From an uncultured Nitrososphaerota archaeon (GTDB lineage: Archaea; Thermoproteota; Nitrososphaeria; Nitrososphaerales; Gagatemarchaeaceae), in contig OY969807.1 of the NCBI GenBank assembly GCA_963703285.1, positions 2,112,001 through 2,176,000 on the forward strand: 64,000 nucleotides of DNA, in the 5' to 3' direction. Shown here piece by piece: positions 60,807-64,000 of this stretch. The notes below the pieces were generated by a model. The model made no database searches. It worked only from the letters and a program-made list of their open reading frames with translations, and was not told the DNA's origin. Numbering within the stretch: position 1 is the stretch's first letter; the number at the start of each line of letters is the position of its first letter. Position numbers and translations under genes: made by a program.

Positions 60807-61859
60807 ATGCAGTGCCCGAAGTGCGGTGCCCAGAACCCCGACGGCGCAGGGTTCTGCATGAAGTGCGGCACGCCCCTCGGCGGTCAGCAGGCGCCACAGG
60901 CGCAATCTGCGCCGAAGGCTCCGGTCCTCGCGCCGATGAACGCGACCTCGCTCAAGTGCCCCAACTGCGGGGCTCCCATCTCGCCCAAGTTCGGGGAGAT
61001 GGTCATAACATGCGAGTACTGCGGCAGCGGTGTCACGCTCGGCAACACAGGGTGGACCAGCATCTCGAAGTCGACGATGCTCCCCATCAAGTTCGGCGAC
61101 AAGGATCCTATGATAGCCAAGATTCACGATCTGATGGACAAGGGCTTCCTCCACAGGCACCTTCAGGAATCGTCCACGCTGCAGGAGATGACTCTGTCCA
61201 TGGTCCCGTACTGGATCGTCCCGGTCTCGGCCCGCACGTCGATCGTTGCGGCAAACATGCTCCAGCAGACGGCGCAGACGGCCACCACAGCAGCCCTCTT
61301 CGGGGTCGTCCTCGGCGGTCTGGGCGGCGGCATGGGCGGGGGAGGCGGCGGATTCCGCCCCCGGCGCGCCTGGTCACGGGCTCTGCCACCGTTGCGACTC
61401 AGCCTGGGAACGGCCAAGCTCGGCTCGTTCATGGGCGGGGGAATGATGGGCGGCGGTGGGGCGAGGAAGGCCGAGCAGATGGACAACAACTACAACTTCC
61501 CGGTCGTCGCCCTGAAGGCACTTACAGACTACCAGCCCAAGGATTACGTCTTCAACCTGACGGATAGGACCCTCTTCGACGTCTCGAAGATTCCCAAGGG
61601 CATCCCCATCCTCAACGGAGACGTCGGTGAGGATGATGCCAAGAGCCAAGCGAAGACGTTCGTCGACCAGGTCCAATCTCAGAAGGCTCACGAGAAGTAC
61701 CACATGATCCAGCAGATGCACACCGACATGGACGTCGGCGAGGCCGAGCTGCTACACGCTCCGATCTGGTTCGCGAGGTATGACCATAAGGGCGAGAGAA
61801 TCGTTCTCGTCTTCGACGCGAACTCAGGACTCCCCATAACGAGCATGGGCCTGAACTAG
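60807..61859 (+). CDS. Zinc-ribbon protein (YdjG-like)
   Basis: CPKCG..FCMKCG, CPNCG..CEYCG, VPYW, APIW...Y...DANSG. Confidence 0.75.
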   Translation: MQCPKCGAQNPDGAGFCMKCGTPLGGQQAPQAQSAPKAPVLAPMNATSLKCPNCGAPISPKFGEMVITCEYCGSGVTLGNTGWTSISKSTMLPIKFGDKDPMIAKIHDLMDKGFLHRHLQESSTLQEMTLSMVPYWIVPVSARTSIVAANMLQQTAQTATTAALFGVVLGGLGGGMGGGGGGFRPRRAWSRALPPLRLSLGTAKLGSFMGGGMMGGGGARKAEQMDNNYNFPVVALKALTDYQPKDYVFNLTDRTLFDVSKIPKGIPILNGDVGEDDAKSQAKTFVDQVQSQKAHEKYHMIQQMHTDMDVGEAELLHAPIWFARYDHKGERIVLVFDANSGLPITSMGLN

Positions 61860-61864
61860 CCAGC

Positions 61865-62398
61865 TCACGCCCTCCGGATCGAAAACACGACCAGGCTCTC
61901 GTAGAAGAGCTTCGTCCTCGCCTTCTCTTCAATGCGGAGCCCCCTCTCCTTGCAGGCCCGAATGAAGCCGTCCAGATCCGCTTCATCGGACAGAAGAGCA
62001 ACTACGGTCCCCCCGGGCCTCAGCACCCTCAGCGCGTCCTCCAGGAAGGCGAGCGGGACTTCGAGGCCGCCCCTTCCACCGTCGACCGTCGCGTCCTCGA
62101 TCCCGTTGGAAGGCAGGTAAGGCGGGTTGAACGCCACCAGGTCGAAGGTGCGCTCTCTGAAGCACGCCGCCCTGTCGGCCAGGACCACCTCTGCGCTACC
62201 CTTGGCCGCGACCGCGTCGGCGACGGAGACGATGTCTGTCCCTACCACCGTCTCGAATCTGGGGGAGATGCTCTCGAGTATCGCTCCGCTCCCGAAGCCG
62301 ATCTCGAGACAACTCTCGCCTCTGTGCGAGGCAAGCTCGCGGGCGAGCATCGCGGTGTCGTCAGAGGGTAGATAGACGTCGGTCTTGCGGGAGGGCAC
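61865..62398 (-). CDS. HemK2/Mtq2-type methyltransferase
   Basis: VY.PSDDT, LEIGFGSG, FNPPY, GG..G. Confidence 0.88.
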   Translation of the reverse strand: MPSRKTDVYLPSDDTAMLARELASHRGESCLEIGFGSGAILESISPRFETVVGTDIVSVADAVAAKGSAEVVLADRAACFRERTFDLVAFNPPYLPSNGIEDATVDGGRGGLEVPLAFLEDALRVLRPGGTVVALLSDEADLDGFIRACKERGLRIEEKARTKLFYESLVVFSIRRA

Positions 62399-62426
62399 TT
62401 TCCGATGGACGCCGTCCGAGATGTTC

Positions 62427-63623
62427 TTACGCTTTCCGTCGCTCCACGAGCTTCGCGACCCCCGAGCTGTACTGAGCGGCCTTCTTCGGCGCGGCGGCCA
62501 GTTCGCCCGGCAGCCCGAGCAGGGTCGCCGCCCTCCGGAGCACGACCTTCCTCTCTCTCCCCGCGATCTTGAACCCGAGGGGCAGGCTCAGGGCAAATGC
62601 CGCCACGCTCTCGTCGGCGAAGGGAAACCTCGCCTCCGCATGGCGCCCGCAGGCGAGCTCGTCCCGTATGAATGCCCTCTCGCCGCTCGCGGCTACGTCC
62701 GCGAGCATCATCGCCTCGGCTTCTACCTCGCTTTCCTTCGCCATGCGTGCATACTTCATGTAGCCGCCGAAGAGCTCGTCCGCCAACTGGCCGAGCATGA
62801 TTATCCCGGCGCCGCGCTCTGCCGCCAGCCTCGCGGTCGTGGAGTAGATGCACCAGAGGGCCTTGTCCATCGGAGTCGGTCTGAACGGGAGGTCGAGGGA
62901 GCGAAGCTCACGCTCCACCCTGGGCCCGTCCATCTCCTGCGTCGCGAGCTCCAACCCGAGGGAGTCAGCGCCCCTCTTGGCCTGCTCCTGGTCCCTTGAG
63001 CCCGAGACGAAGGCGCTGCAAAGGACCACCTCTGCGCTTCTCGCAGCGATGAGGGCGAGAAGCGAGCTGTCCAGCCCTCCTGAAAACGAGACGGCCACCC
63101 TCCTCCTACTTCCGACGCGTTTCGCTACGGCCTGGTTCAGGATGCTTGCAAGTTCGGCAGCACAACCTTCGAGGGCTGGTGGGGCCCCGCAGATCTCCAG
63201 TGCCGACGTCTTCAGCTCCATGGACTCCGCGGCCATCCTCGCCCCGTTGGGGAGGAGCCTCGGAGCTTCCGCGAAGAACCTGTGGTCGCTGGCGATGCAG
63301 GTTCCGGTCGAGTTGACGTAGAGCGGTCTGGTCCCGAGCCTGTCCCTCGCGGCCACGAAGGTTTCGTTCTCGAGGGTCAGCATTGAGTACTCGCCGCCGC
63401 CCCCGGGCTCCAGCCCGTCGCCCTCGACGAATCCGTGGACGAAGGGTGGGCTGCGACCAGCATCGAGGGCGTAGGCGACGACCACCCCATCCTCGCACCA
63501 GGAGTCCGAATCGATGGTCACCTCGGTGCCGAACCTCCGAATCCTTTCTGACGCTCTCCGCGCCATTGCGAGGCGGTCCGGACCCCTGACGAGAGCGAAG
63601 CCGTTTGTCCTCATCCCAGCCAT
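62427..63623 (-). CDS. Asparagine synthase-like protein with reduced N-terminal domain
   Basis: ARD.LG.RPLY, SFSGGLDSS, GQLADELFGGY, KKAAQYSSG. Confidence 0.85.
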   Translation of the reverse strand: MAGMRTNGFALVRGPDRLAMARRASERIRRFGTEVTIDSDSWCEDGVVVAYALDAGRSPPFVHGFVEGDGLEPGGGGEYSMLTLENETFVAARDRLGTRPLYVNSTGTCIASDHRFFAEAPRLLPNGARMAAESMELKTSALEICGAPPALEGCAAELASILNQAVAKRVGSRRRVAVSFSGGLDSSLLALIAARSAEVVLCSAFVSGSRDQEQAKRGADSLGLELATQEMDGPRVERELRSLDLPFRPTPMDKALWCIYSTTARLAAERGAGIIMLGQLADELFGGYMKYARMAKESEVEAEAMMLADVAASGERAFIRDELACGRHAEARFPFADESVAAFALSLPLGFKIAGRERKVVLRRAATLLGLPGELAAAPKKAAQYSSGVAKLVERRKA

Positions 63624-63717
63624 CGACCGGCGCGCTCGGCCCGCTTAGTCTTTTGGGGCATCCGGAGAGTCGGGGTTCACAAACCTTAAGAAACTCCGAG
63701 AGGGGCCGCGATTTATC

Positions 63718-64000
63718 TTGCGGATCTCCAGAGTCGTGATCGTCGTCGTGGCAGTTGTCATCATAGCCCTGCTGGCGCTCTTCATCTACGCGCAGTTTGG
63801 TCCGTCGTCCTCTTCATCCACGTGGGCCACGGGGCCGGACTACCCGTTGGAGGGAAGCGATACGGGCGGCGTCGTCGGACAGTCCTGCGTGAACGGGACT
63901 GCGAGCATCGTCTGCATAGGAGGGATCGATTACAACGGCGCCTCTCGCAACGATGTCTACTCGGCCACGGTCGCGGCATCGGGAATCAGCTCCTGGGTCC
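63718..64000 (+). CDS. Membrane-anchored Kelch-repeat-like protein (partial)
   Basis: TTG start, TM segment, W....YP...SCV....I.CIGG...NDVYSA; open to the window end. Confidence 0.7.
   Translation, partial: MRISRVVIVVVAVVIIALLALFIYAQFGPSSSSSTWATGPDYPLEGSDTGGVVGQSCVNGTASIVCIGGIDYNGASRNDVYSATVAASGISSWV

Overview
GC-rich archaeal chromosome segment. RFC large subunit, Orc1/Cdc6, DGGGP synthase, tRNA-splicing endonuclease, a PAC2 chaperone and an intron-containing tRNA mark it as archaeal; a Nitrososphaerota/TACK affiliation is my inference only. Bases 1-33.8 kb and 56-64 kb are mostly housekeeping and metabolic genes. A tRNA-Arg(UCG) with two introns (33816-33925) is followed by a tandem array of integrated elements marked by copies of its 3' end at 36852 and 54073. 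The first is a 3-kb islet with an ABC importer and no integrase. The second is a 17-kb decaying island with a tyrosine integrase, orphan genes, a repeat-rich non-coding kb, an IS630 and two paralogous cassettes. Each cassette has an RHH regulator facing away from a secreted glutamic-peptidase-like protein and a small membrane protein, and both share a 24-bp operator-like motif. Also notable: a solo TnpB bounded by IS6-like inverted repeats, a ParA paired with a protein ending in a MinD-type membrane-targeting helix, a Tat-exported GMC dehydrogenase with a coiled-coil stalk, a stand-alone MIT protein, and frameshifted amidase and aspartokinase genes. All calls are by-eye motif recognition; no searches were run.
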